Part shown: in pieces, positions 19,078 to 29,059 of the stretch
Numbering within the stretch: position 1 is the first letter of the stretch
How the letters are laid out: each line of letters starts with the position of its first letter
From: Bacteroidota bacterium
GTDB taxonomy: Bacteria > Bacteroidota > Bacteroidia > Chitinophagales > Chitinophagaceae
Length of the DNA stretch: 64,000 nt
Assembly (NCBI GenBank): GCA_003175695.1
Contig: PSRA01000238.1
Span: forward strand, 906 to 64,905
Reading direction: 5' to 3'
Made by a program: the position numbers and the translations under genes
The notes under the pieces: model-generated
Database searches by the model: none
What the model was told of the DNA's origin: nothing
Seen by the model: only the letters and a program-made list of their open reading frames with translations

Positions 19078-20091
19078 ATGAAACTTGTCGTACTAGCCGG
19101 AGCGCTTATTCTTTGTCTCCAATTTTCGACTTTTGCCCAGGACGCAAATACCTTGCATGAGTCTGCTAAAGCTTATATGCGACAGGGCGATTATACCAAT
19201 GCCATCGTAGTTCTTACGCATGCATCTCATCAAAACCCTAATGACCTTGAAATTCAAAAAGACCTGGCTTTTGCATATTATCTTCAAAGTAACTATAGCA
19301 AATCGATAGAAGTAGCCAAGCCTCTCATCGATCGCAAAGATGCGGACGAGCAAACCTTTCAGATACTGGGCATGGGTTATAAAGCCATTGAAGAAAAAAA
19401 GGAATGCGAAAAAATGTACAAACAGGGAATTAAGAAATTCCCAAATAGCGGAACACTATATAATGAATATGGTGAATTGCTTTGGTCCAAGCAGGATGCC
19501 GAGGCTATCAAAATGTGGGAAAAAGGAATTGAGGTCGACCCTAATTATTCTTCTAACTATTATAACGCCGCCAAATTCTATTACTTCACGTATGACAAAG
19601 TATGGGGTATTATATACGGTGAGATTTTTGTGAACCTGGAAAGCTATAGCAAACGCACACCCGAAATAAAGAATATCCTGGTTGAGGGCTACAAGAAGTT
19701 GTTTTCTGACACTAAAAATAAGAGCCTGAATCCCAAGAATAACTTCGCACAGGCCTACCTGTCAGTCATGAGCGATCAATCTTCTGCTGTGGCCCTGGGT
19801 ATTACGCCCGAATCCCTGACTATTCTGCGAAGCAGATTTATTTTGGAATGGTTCGAGAAATATGCAAACAAACTTCCTTTCAGGCTTTTCGACTATCATC
19901 GTCAGCTTATGAAGGAAGGTATGTTTGATGCCTATAACCAGTGGCTTTTTGGTCCTGCCCAAAATTTAACCGCTTACCAGAACTGGACAAATGCTCACAC
20001 CGATGAATATAACCGATTCATTAATTTTCAAAAGAATCGGGTATTCAAACTTCCTAACGCCCAGTACTATAAGCCCCTTCCCGGTAAGTAA
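19078..20091 (+). CDS. Exported tetratricopeptide repeat protein
   Basis: Signal peptide (TFA-Q) followed by several TPR-like helical repeats. Confidence 0.8.
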   Translation: MKLVVLAGALILCLQFSTFAQDANTLHESAKAYMRQGDYTNAIVVLTHASHQNPNDLEIQKDLAFAYYLQSNYSKSIEVAKPLIDRKDADEQTFQILGMGYKAIEEKKECEKMYKQGIKKFPNSGTLYNEYGELLWSKQDAEAIKMWEKGIEVDPNYSSNYYNAAKFYYFTYDKVWGIIYGEIFVNLESYSKRTPEIKNILVEGYKKLFSDTKNKSLNPKNNFAQAYLSVMSDQSSAVALGITPESLTILRSRFILEWFEKYANKLPFRLFDYHRQLMKEGMFDAYNQWLFGPAQNLTAYQNWTNAHTDEYNRFINFQKNRVFKLPNAQYYKPLPGK

Positions 20092-20275
20092 TCATTCATA
20101 AACCGGAGTTCAAGACATTTTTGTCATTTTTTTGTTTTTTATCTAATTTGATCTGACAAACAAAGAATTTAAGCAGCATTTGTATGCAAACATTAGGGTC
20201 ATTGAGGTCGATGGAAAGATTCATGAATGTAAGCTCAACCGATCGTTTCCTAATGTGTTGTTTTAATTTTAGAAT

Positions 20276-22063
20276 ATGAGTGAACCCACCCGATTATTCG
20301 ATTGCATTGCCTACCAGTTGGAAAAGTTTCCTAAAGTGGATATGATGGCCGCCAAAGACAAAGGCCAATGGCGAAAATATAGCACAAAGGAAGTTGGTGA
20401 TTTGGTAAATCGCCTCACAGCAGGGTTATTGGAAATTGGCGTTTCGGGTAATGACATGACAACGGAGCACAGGGATAAGATTGCTATCATTTCCGGCAAC
20501 AGACCTGAGTGGTTGGTTACTGACATGGCGGTGCAGCAATCGGGAGCAATCCTGGTGCCGATCTATCCTACTACGAATCCAAATGAAATTGAATTTATTT
20601 TTAATGATGCGTCAGTCAAATACGTATTCGTTAACAATGAAGAGCTTTTGAACCGCATTAGGAGCATTCAAAAGAACATTCCATCACTAAAAGATATCTA
20701 TACCTTCAATGAGATCCCCGGTGCACGCCATTGGAGCGAATTGCTAGATTCAGCTTCGGAAGTTTCAATCAGGCAGGTAGAAATTTCCCGGCAAAATATC
20801 AAAGCCGAAGACCTGGCAACCATCATATATACTTCCGGCACTACGGGTGTACCGAAAGGCGTAATGCTGAGTCATAAAAATATTCTCAGCGATATCTTCT
20901 TCTCAAAGGAGAGCTTTCCTTTTGATGATCAGCCAGAGTTTAAAGCTTTAAGCTTTCTGCCGCTCAATCATATTTTTGAAAAAACTGTCAGTTATATTTA
21001 TTTCTACAGCGCCATTGGCATTTATTTCGCGGAAAGCTTAGATACGATTGGTGCGAATTTGCAGGAAGTAAAGCCACAGATATTTACGGCAGTTCCACGA
21101 TTATTGGAAAAATTATTCGAGCGGATGATGTCGCAGGGCGCAAAGTTGAAGGGAATCAAAAGAAGCATATTCTTTTGGGCCATTGAACTGGGCAAGAAAT
21201 ATGACAATAGAAAAAGCGGGGGATTTTTCTACAATATGCAACTGTCCCTGGCCAACAAAATTGTATTTAACCAATTCAGGAATGCGCTGGGGAACAATAT
21301 CAAATACATTGTGGTAGGAGGGGCTGCCTGCCAGGAAAGATTACTCAGGATCTTCAACGCGGCACGGTTACCCCTATTCGAAGGTTATGGGCCAACAGAA
21401 AATTCTCCTGTCATCGCGGTGAACAGGCGATCGCCAGGTGGACAAAAATTCGGAACAGTTGGACCAGTCATCAATGGTATCCAGGTTAAGCTGGCAGAAG
21501 ATGGAGAAATTTGCGTCCGTGGCGATACCGTGATGGTAGGTTATTTTAAGCGGCCGGATTTGACTGCCGAAACTGTGATCGATGGATGGCTGCACACGGG
21601 CGATATTGGCGTTTTTGAAGATGGAATATTCCTCCGCATTACAGATAGAAAGAAAGAACTATTTAAGACTAGTGGCGGTAAGTATGTCGCTCCCGCCGCG
21701 ATTGAGAACAAATTAAAGGAATCGCGCTTTATTGAACAGATCATCGTAGTCGGATCCGAAAGAAAATTTGTAGGTGCCTTGATTGTACCTTCTTTTTCTA
21801 ATCTCAAAGAATGGTGCAAACAAAATAATATTCCTTTTACAACCAATGAGGAGATTATCCGAGATCCCCAGGTGATTGCCTTTTACAAACAGCTGGTTGA
21901 GAATTATAATCAGAACTTCAACCATGTGGAGCAGATAAAGAAATTCGAACTGCTACCACTGGAATGGAGCATTGACACAGGTGAAATGACACCCAAGTTG
22001 AGCCTGAAAAGAAAAGTGATCATGGAAAAATTCAATAATTCTATTGAAAGAATATATTCTTAA
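20276..22063 (+). CDS. Long-chain fatty acid--CoA ligase
   Basis: IIYTSGTTGVPKG, EGYGPTE, GWLHTGDIG, RKKELFKTSGGKYVAP. Confidence 0.93.
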   Translation: MSEPTRLFDCIAYQLEKFPKVDMMAAKDKGQWRKYSTKEVGDLVNRLTAGLLEIGVSGNDMTTEHRDKIAIISGNRPEWLVTDMAVQQSGAILVPIYPTTNPNEIEFIFNDASVKYVFVNNEELLNRIRSIQKNIPSLKDIYTFNEIPGARHWSELLDSASEVSIRQVEISRQNIKAEDLATIIYTSGTTGVPKGVMLSHKNILSDIFFSKESFPFDDQPEFKALSFLPLNHIFEKTVSYIYFYSAIGIYFAESLDTIGANLQEVKPQIFTAVPRLLEKLFERMMSQGAKLKGIKRSIFFWAIELGKKYDNRKSGGFFYNMQLSLANKIVFNQFRNALGNNIKYIVVGGAACQERLLRIFNAARLPLFEGYGPTENSPVIAVNRRSPGGQKFGTVGPVINGIQVKLAEDGEICVRGDTVMVGYFKRPDLTAETVIDGWLHTGDIGVFEDGIFLRITDRKKELFKTSGGKYVAPAAIENKLKESRFIEQIIVVGSERKFVGALIVPSFSNLKEWCKQNNIPFTTNEEIIRDPQVIAFYKQLVENYNQNFNHVEQIKKFELLPLEWSIDTGEMTPKLSLKRKVIMEKFNNSIERIYS

Positions 22064-22090
22064 CCGAATTTTTCGTCGTTGCGTAACACC

Positions 22091-23533
22091 TTATTTCTTC
22101 ATCATCTTCTTAATAAGATCGCCAATCACCTTCAGTCCATTTTCCACTTCTTCGCTCCACGGCTTTGCATAACTGATCCGAAGGCAATTACTCAAATGCT
22201 TTTGGGTAGAAAATACCTGTCCTGGAGTAATGGAAATCTGGTGTTTCATTGCCTCCTGGTATAGTTTATAACTGTCGATCTTCTTATTTAATTCAATCCA
22301 CAAAACAAATCCTCCCTGTGGACGCGAAACGTGGCTATCCTCCGGAAAGTATTGTATAATTCCCTGGATATATCTCAGGCATTGGGTGTACAAAGCTGTT
22401 CTTAATTTTTTCAAATGATATTCATATCGCCCAATGTTCAAAAAATGAGAAATGGCAAGTTGCGTAACAGTCGCAGTGGAATTAGTGTGTGTCAATTTCA
22501 ATCGAACTACTTTTTCCGTAAACATACCGGGCATAGCCCATCCTACTCTATAGCCCGGTGCCAGTGATTTGGAAAAAGAACTGCAATAAAGCACCCAACC
22601 TTCTTTGTCGTATGCCTTGCAGGTCTTGGGTCGATGGCGACCGAAGTACATTTCGCCATAAATATCATCTTCTATCAAGGGAATTTTGCAGCGGGTAATC
22701 AATTCAACCAATTCCTGTTTTTTATTATCCGGCATACAACTGCCCAGGGGATTATTAAAATTGGGCACGAACACACATGCTTTGATGGAAAATTTCCGAA
22801 TCGCCTTTTGTAAATCATCGATATCCAAACCTGCCACCGGATCAGTTGAAATTTCAACAGCCTTCAATCCCAAACTTTCTATTGCCTGGAAGATGCCAAA
22901 ATAAGTAGGACTCTCGATCGCAACCGTATCACCTGGCTTTGTAACCGCCCGCAAGCATAAGACCAAGGCTTCGAGGCAACCAGCTGTGACTACGATATCT
23001 TCTTCCGAAAATTTTCCGCCCCAGTTGAAAGACAATTTTGCCAACTGCTTTCTAAAAACTTTATTTCCCTGCACATGTTCATAATTCAGGCCATGGTTTT
23101 TTGAATTCCTGATTGCGTTCAGCATCGCTTTATTGATTTTCGCAGCAGGCAATAATTCAAGAGGAGGAACTGCCACTGAAAAATTGAGAAGATCATCTGA
23201 TGGCAAATTGGTGAAGACTTTGGAAATCATATCTTCAACGCTCACCTCATTTTCAACTGGCTCAGGTTCCGTTTTCCTCGGTAATCGTGGAAAGCGACGG
23301 AAACTAAACCGAACATAATATCCAGATTTCGGTCGCGATTCAATCAGTCCTTTTCCTTCCAAGTGATAATAAGCCTGGAAGGCAGTTCCCATGCTGATGC
23401 CGTATTCTTCACTTAACATTCTCACTGATGGTAACTTGTCGCCAATTTTTAAAATTTCTTCACCAATCATTTTTTCAATACCACCAGCCACCTGCAAATA
23501 CAAATGGTCGTCGATTCTTTTTTTCTTTAGCAT
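22091..23533 (-). CDS. MocR/GntR family regulator with PLP-dependent aminotransferase-like domain
   Basis: N-terminal GntR wHTH (GDKLPSVR...AYYHLE..GLIESRPKSGYYV); IEDDIY; SSFSKSLAPGYRVGW. Confidence 0.94.
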   Translation of the reverse strand: MLKKKRIDDHLYLQVAGGIEKMIGEEILKIGDKLPSVRMLSEEYGISMGTAFQAYYHLEGKGLIESRPKSGYYVRFSFRRFPRLPRKTEPEPVENEVSVEDMISKVFTNLPSDDLLNFSVAVPPLELLPAAKINKAMLNAIRNSKNHGLNYEHVQGNKVFRKQLAKLSFNWGGKFSEEDIVVTAGCLEALVLCLRAVTKPGDTVAIESPTYFGIFQAIESLGLKAVEISTDPVAGLDIDDLQKAIRKFSIKACVFVPNFNNPLGSCMPDNKKQELVELITRCKIPLIEDDIYGEMYFGRHRPKTCKAYDKEGWVLYCSSFSKSLAPGYRVGWAMPGMFTEKVVRLKLTHTNSTATVTQLAISHFLNIGRYEYHLKKLRTALYTQCLRYIQGIIQYFPEDSHVSRPQGGFVLWIELNKKIDSYKLYQEAMKHQISITPGQVFSTQKHLSNCLRISYAKPWSEEVENGLKVIGDLIKKMMKK

Positions 23534-23577
23534 ATGGATGCATTTTTTTGAAATTCGATCAATCGGGATCCTTCGCC

Positions 23578-23615
23578 CAAATCTGATCTAGTCAAAAATA
23601 ACAAATCTGCATCTG
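23578..23615. promoter_or_regulatory. Candidate MocR binding direct repeats
   Basis: CAAATCTGATCT (23578-23589) and CAAATCTGCATCTG (23602-23615) in the divergent intergenic region. Confidence 0.55.
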
Positions 23616-23702
23616 TTTTTTATTATTATTTATATTGATTTTTGTATTGATTCCGCAAGAAACGCGTCGGAAAAAGAATAAACCGAAATCAATTTTACAA
23701 GC

Positions 23703-24800
23703 ATGAAAATGATTTCTCCATCAAAAAGAAAACACAACCATCCTGTAAAAATGAAAAATATGAAAAGTGATAGCGTAAAAATTATAGAATATCGTTCGGA
23801 ATACCAGCCTTATTTCGAACGGTTCAATCGCGCATGGATTGAAAAACACTTTTATCTGGAGGAAATTGATCGCTATGTGCTGGAGCAACCGGAAAAAGCG
23901 ATCATTGCCAACGGAGGTGCCATTCTTTTTGTTACCTGTAATGACATGTTTGCAGGCACCGTTGCCTTGAAAAAAGTCGATCACACTACTTTTGAATTTA
24001 CAAAAATGGCAGTTGATGAGCCTCATCGTGGTAAAGGTATAGGCGAAACGCTAAGCAGAGCTGCTATTGAAAAAGCCACCAGGATGGGAGCCACTAAATT
24101 GATCCTCTATTCACAAAGAGAACTTGTTCCCGCAATTAACTTATATCGCAAATTGGGTTTCAAGGAAATTCCTCTCGAACAAGGCGTTTATGAGAGATGT
24201 GATATTAAGATGGGAATGAAACTCGACGAAATTTCTATTGCCAGGGCAAACGCTTCTCACGCCGTCGCAATAGCGGCTATCGGTAAGAGGTCATTTTATG
24301 AAGCATGTAAGCCGTTTTTCAATAAACAGCAGGATCTTCTGGAATACCTTGACTTTACTTATGAATCAGAAAAAATAGCAGACAGCATAGCCAAACCAAA
24401 TAATGTGTTCTTTGTGGCGTTATCCAAGGGTAGAGTCATAGGTTTTGCGAAAGTGAAGAAGCAGTCCATTAACAAAGAAATCAGTGCAGGACGACAAATG
24501 GAGCTGCAGAAGATATATGTGCTGAAGGAATTTCACGGCCAAGGAGTTGCAGCAGCTTTGATGCAACAAGTACTGGAACTGGCGGAATCAACCCATCCTG
24601 ATCTTATCTGGCTCGACGTATTGGTAGAAAATCAAAGAGCCATCCGCTTCTATGAGAAGAATGGATTCAGAAAATGCGGTTTGCATTATTTCACCATTGG
24701 CAGCCAGATATTTTCATATGATGTCATGGCCCGGGCAAATGTTTTGCCCGAATCATCCAATCATTCCATCCCTGAAATTATGAGTTATGGAAACCATTGA
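23703..24800 (+). CDS. Tandem (two-domain) GNAT N-acetyltransferase
   Basis: Two acetyl-CoA motifs: KMAV...HRGKGIG...AINLYRKLGF and KIYV...FHGQGVA...NQRAIRFYEKNGF. The true start may be a downstream ATG. Confidence 0.9.
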   Translation: MKMISPSKRKHNHPVKMKNMKSDSVKIIEYRSEYQPYFERFNRAWIEKHFYLEEIDRYVLEQPEKAIIANGGAILFVTCNDMFAGTVALKKVDHTTFEFTKMAVDEPHRGKGIGETLSRAAIEKATRMGATKLILYSQRELVPAINLYRKLGFKEIPLEQGVYERCDIKMGMKLDEISIARANASHAVAIAAIGKRSFYEACKPFFNKQQDLLEYLDFTYESEKIADSIAKPNNVFFVALSKGRVIGFAKVKKQSINKEISAGRQMELQKIYVLKEFHGQGVAAALMQQVLELAESTHPDLIWLDVLVENQRAIRFYEKNGFRKCGLHYFTIGSQIFSYDVMARANVLPESSNHSIPEIMSYGNH

Positions 24801-25848
24801 AGAAATCATCATTCAAAAAATTTCCCATTCTTCCCTTCATCTGGTTGATTGGGATCACCTCGAGTTTGGAAAATACAATTCAGACCATATGCTGGTTTGT
24901 GATTATGCTGAGGGAGAATGGAAGGTCCCTGAAATAGTACCTTTTTCCAATTTATCACTCAGTCCAACCGCGTTGGCTCTCCACTATGGCCAGACCATTT
25001 TTGAGGGAATGAAGGCCTTTCGAATGCAGGATGGATCCATCAATATTTTCCGCCCTCGTAAACATTACGAAAGAATGCTCCTGTCTGCAGAGCGTATGTG
25101 CATGCCCGCCATACCGAGACAGATTTTTTTGGAAGGTCTACAAAGATTAGTCGAGCTGGATAGCAATTGGGTTCCGTCATCGCAAGGGTCGGCTTTATAC
25201 ATTCGACCATTTATGATCGCTACTGAAGCGAGATTGGGTGTGAAAGTGGCTGAGGAGTACAAATTTATTATAGTGAACAGCCCGGTAGAAACACTGTATC
25301 CAAAACCTATAAAAGTCAAGATCGAAAGAGATTTTGTCAGGGCTTGCCGGGGAGGAACCGGATATGCTAAATGCGGCGGCAATTACGGCGCGGCATTCTA
25401 CCCGACGCAAAAAGCCAGGCAGGAAGGTTTTGACCAGGTGATTTGGATGGATAGCAGGGAGAACAATTATGTAGAAGAATCCGGCATGATGAATGTGATG
25501 TTTGTCATAGGTGATAAGATCATGACTCCTCCTCTGTCTGACTCTATTCTTGACGGTGTTACCAGGGATTCTTTACTGGTACTTGCCAGAGATGCAGGAA
25601 TTCCCGTGGAGGAGAAACCAATTCATGTTGATCAATTAAAAGATGCCTTCAGGAAAAATTCCATATCAGAAGCTTTTGGTGTGGGAACCGCAGCAGTAGC
25701 CAGCGCCATTCAAATGATCGGCATAGATGATTTGAAATATTATCTCCCTTCGGGTCCATTTAAAGTGATGGAGTTTCTAAAAAATAAATTTAACAGGGTT
25801 AGAACTGGGTTGGATCCAGATATTCACCGGTGGAATCACGTGGTTTGA
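24787..25848 (+). CDS. ilvE: Branched-chain amino acid aminotransferase
   Basis: LHYGQTIFEGMKA, LYIRPF, AKCGGNY (PLP Lys), ILDGVTR, GTAA. Confidence 0.9.
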   Translation: METIEEIIIQKISHSSLHLVDWDHLEFGKYNSDHMLVCDYAEGEWKVPEIVPFSNLSLSPTALALHYGQTIFEGMKAFRMQDGSINIFRPRKHYERMLLSAERMCMPAIPRQIFLEGLQRLVELDSNWVPSSQGSALYIRPFMIATEARLGVKVAEEYKFIIVNSPVETLYPKPIKVKIERDFVRACRGGTGYAKCGGNYGAAFYPTQKARQEGFDQVIWMDSRENNYVEESGMMNVMFVIGDKIMTPPLSDSILDGVTRDSLLVLARDAGIPVEEKPIHVDQLKDAFRKNSISEAFGVGTAAVASAIQMIGIDDLKYYLPSGPFKVMEFLKNKFNRVRTGLDPDIHRWNHVV

Positions 25849-25857
25849 ATTAGTGAT

Positions 25858-25930
25858 CCCACGCAAAGGCGCAAAGGTAGCAGCGTGCTACTTTTGCGCC
25901 TTTCGTTACTTTGCGCCTTTTAGGTGAAAC
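25858..25930. repeat. REP-like palindromic repeat (CGCAAAG family), copy D, no insert
   Basis: CACGCAAAGGCGCAAAGGTAGCAGCGTGCTACTTTTGCGCCTTT...CTTTGCGCCTTTTAGGTGAAA; near-perfect hairpin. Confidence 0.85.
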
Positions 25931-25947
25931 TCTGCGTAACTTCAAGA

Positions 25948-28551
25948 ATGAATGCTGAAGAAATGAGACTCCAGGACCCAACCTGGAAAAAATGGGGACC
26001 TTATCTTTCGGAGCGTCAATGGGGAACAGTTCGCGAGGATTATAGCGCCAACGGACAGCCATGGACCTACTCAACGCATGAAATGGCGCGCAGCAAAGCA
26101 TGGCGCTGGGGCGAAGAAGGAATAGCAGGTTTTTGCGATAGTGAACAACTGCTCTGCTTTGCTGTGGCATTTTGGAACAAGAAAGATCCCATAATTAAAG
26201 AAATACTATTCGGACTGAGCAACCCCGAAGGCAATCATGGAGAAGACGTAAAAGAATTATACTACTACCTGGATTCCACACCGACACACAGCTACATGAA
26301 GATGTTGTACAAGTACCCGCAAGAAGAATATCCATATAAAGGGCTTGTTGAGGAAAATGCACGCAGAAGCAGAAATGAGCGCGAATATGAATTGATAGAT
26401 ACCGGAATTTTCAATGATAACAAATACTTCGACTTATTCACAGAATATGCAAAGGCAGATAAAGAGGATATCCTGATCAAAATCACCATCCAGAATCAGG
26501 GTGATGACAATGCCGCGCTCACCGTTTTACCCACTCTTTGGTTCAGAAATACCTGGTCTTGGGGTTATGACAGTTACAAACCCAATCTGTTCGCCATTAC
26601 AAAAGATGTCATCGAAATCCAACACAGGGATCTGGGGAATTTTAAATTGTATTGTGAAAACTGCAGCGAGCTCCTGTTTTGCGAAAACGAAACTAATAGC
26701 CTGAAATTATATCAGCATCCAGACGCCTACCAACAGCACAAGGATGGAATCAACGATTATATAGTTCACAGTGCAAACACCATCGATCCGGAAAAAGATG
26801 GAACCAAAGCTGCCGCCCGATATGAAGTATCGACAGCACCAAAACAAACGATTGCAATTAGACTTCGGTTGTCAAAACTTGCTTTGGAACAGCCTTTTGA
26901 AAAATTTGACGAGTTGTTCAAACAAAGAGTCAATGAGGCGAATACTTTCTACAGTGAGCTTCAGAAAAATATTCCTGATGAAGATGCCAGGCGAATTCAG
27001 CGGCAGGCTTTTGCCGGTATGCTCTGGGGTAAACAGTTTTATCTGTATGATGTCAACAGGTGGCTGAAAGGAGACCCTGCCGAACCAGCACCACCGCCGC
27101 AAAGACTGCAGGGGAGAAACAAAGAATGGAAGCACCTGAACAATTCCGATGTTATTTCAATGCCCGACAATTGGGAATATCCCTGGTTTGCAGCCTGGGA
27201 CCTTGCCTTTCACTGCATTACTTTCGCTCTTATCGACCCGTCGTTTGCAAAAAATCAGTTAGTGAAACTGACACATGAATGGTATATGCACCCAAACGGT
27301 CAATTACCGGCATACGAATGGAATTTCTCAGATGTAAACCCTCCCGTGCACGCGTGGGCAGCCTGGCGGATTTTTGAGTTGGAGAAAAAAAATAACAATG
27401 GAAAGGGCGACATAGAATTTCTGCAAACGATATTTCACAAGTTGCTGATAAATTTCACCTGGTGGGTAAACCGTAAGGATGTGGAAGGCAATAATATTTT
27501 TGAAGGCGGATTTCTCGGGATGGACAACATTGGCTTATTCGATAGGAATACGAAGTTGCCGGATGGTTCCACGCTTGAGCAGTCTGATGGAACAAGTTGG
27601 GTGGGCATGTATTCACTCAACCTGATGAGAATCGCTTTGGAACTTTCAAAAACGAATCCGGTGTATGAGGACCTGGCAAGTAAGTTCTTTGAACACTTTC
27701 TGTATATCGCTGATGCCATGGAAAGTATGGGTGAAAATTCCGAAGGCCTTTGGGATGAAGAGGATCAATTCTATTATGACACGCTCTTACTGCCCGATGG
27801 GGTCACACAAAAGTTGAAAACCAGGTCGATGGTAGGTTTGATTCCTCTTTTTGCTGTTGAAGTTTTGGATGACGAGATATTGCGAACTCAAAAGGATTTT
27901 GCAGGCCGTTTAAGGTGGTTCCTTGATAACAGACCGGATCTTGCCTCTCTTGTTTCCCGCTGGCATGAAAAATCAACTGATGAAAAGCATTTGCTTTCAT
28001 TACTGAGAGGCCACCGGATGAAAAGAATTTTATACAGGATGCTGGATGAAAATGAATTTCTAAGCGATTTTGGCGTGCGTGCTCTTTCTAAATATCATCT
28101 TGAGCATCCTTATGAGCTTAACATTGGTGGAACTCCACTCAGTGTTAATTATTGCCCTGGTGAATCTAATTCTTCCCTTTTCGGTGGCAACTCCAATTGG
28201 AGAGGACCAATATGGATGCCGGTAAATTTCCTTCTCATCGAGTCGCTACAACGATTCCACCATTATTATGGTGATGATTTCAGAGTTGAATACCCAACGC
28301 GCTCAGGGGTCTACTATTCTTTGAATGAAATATCCGAGGGCCTGACAAAAAGATTGATAGCCTTATTCAAGAGAGATTCAAATGGGAAAAGAGCAATTTT
28401 TGGAGACAATGATAAATTACAAGATGATCCGGCTTTTAATAATTACTTGCAATTCTTCGAATATTTTCACGGTGATACGGGAAGAGGTCTTGGTGCTTCT
28501 CATCAAACCGGCTGGACAGGATTGATTGCAAAATTGATTCATCCACGGTGA
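25948..28551 (+). CDS. MGH1-like / GH63 glycoside hydrolase (glucosidase)
   Basis: WGPYLSERQWGTVREDYS, SMPDNWEYPWFAAWDLAFH, FGGNSNWRGPIW, GLGASHQTGWT. Confidence 0.9.
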   Translation: MNAEEMRLQDPTWKKWGPYLSERQWGTVREDYSANGQPWTYSTHEMARSKAWRWGEEGIAGFCDSEQLLCFAVAFWNKKDPIIKEILFGLSNPEGNHGEDVKELYYYLDSTPTHSYMKMLYKYPQEEYPYKGLVEENARRSRNEREYELIDTGIFNDNKYFDLFTEYAKADKEDILIKITIQNQGDDNAALTVLPTLWFRNTWSWGYDSYKPNLFAITKDVIEIQHRDLGNFKLYCENCSELLFCENETNSLKLYQHPDAYQQHKDGINDYIVHSANTIDPEKDGTKAAARYEVSTAPKQTIAIRLRLSKLALEQPFEKFDELFKQRVNEANTFYSELQKNIPDEDARRIQRQAFAGMLWGKQFYLYDVNRWLKGDPAEPAPPPQRLQGRNKEWKHLNNSDVISMPDNWEYPWFAAWDLAFHCITFALIDPSFAKNQLVKLTHEWYMHPNGQLPAYEWNFSDVNPPVHAWAAWRIFELEKKNNNGKGDIEFLQTIFHKLLINFTWWVNRKDVEGNNIFEGGFLGMDNIGLFDRNTKLPDGSTLEQSDGTSWVGMYSLNLMRIALELSKTNPVYEDLASKFFEHFLYIADAMESMGENSEGLWDEEDQFYYDTLLLPDGVTQKLKTRSMVGLIPLFAVEVLDDEILRTQKDFAGRLRWFLDNRPDLASLVSRWHEKSTDEKHLLSLLRGHRMKRILYRMLDENEFLSDFGVRALSKYHLEHPYELNIGGTPLSVNYCPGESNSSLFGGNSNWRGPIWMPVNFLLIESLQRFHHYYGDDFRVEYPTRSGVYYSLNEISEGLTKRLIALFKRDSNGKRAIFGDNDKLQDDPAFNNYLQFFEYFHGDTGRGLGASHQTGWTGLIAKLIHPR

Positions 28552-28748
28552 TCTGAGATTCTTAACAGGCAAAAAATATTTAATAAAAAAGTGATTAAAT
28601 TGTTATAAAAGTTCAACAAATTAATTGTAACTTTTCTTACCAAGCCTCAAGTGATTTTTCTGCTTTTTTCTGTACCCGGTGACTAACCATTTCCCCTTTG
28701 CCTGCCGTCCATGGAAACTATTACTAAAATCTAAAAACGGAGGCCGTC

Positions 28749-29045
28749 ATGAAACCGCATCAATCTCCTTTCGTAAACAAGCGCAAGCAAACAATTGAAT
28801 TCCACATTGCCAATAGCTGCGCATCCAGAATCACATTGGCTGGAACATTTAACCATTGGGCTCATGATGAACTGAGTTTAAAACCACACAAAAATGGTTT
28901 TTGGAGTATAGAGATCCCCATGTTACCGCGCGGTAAATACCACTACAAATTTTTTATCGACGATAGAATGTGGATGGAGGATATCGAAAATCAACTCCGC
29001 GAGCCTGATGGAGTCGTCGGTTGGAATAGCGTGTTGACGGTCTAA
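28749..29045 (+). CDS. Stand-alone isoamylase early-set / AMPK-beta-like glycogen-binding (CBM48-like) protein
   Basis: LAGTFNHW, GKYHYKFFIDDRMW, NSVL. Confidence 0.85.
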   Translation: MKPHQSPFVNKRKQTIEFHIANSCASRITLAGTFNHWAHDELSLKPHKNGFWSIEIPMLPRGKYHYKFFIDDRMWMEDIENQLREPDGVVGWNSVLTV

Positions 29046-29059
29046 AATTTTTCTGTCAT

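Noticed and set aside
25850-26170. 106-aa minus-strand ORF
   Set aside because: Antisense to GH63 and runs through the palindromic repeat.
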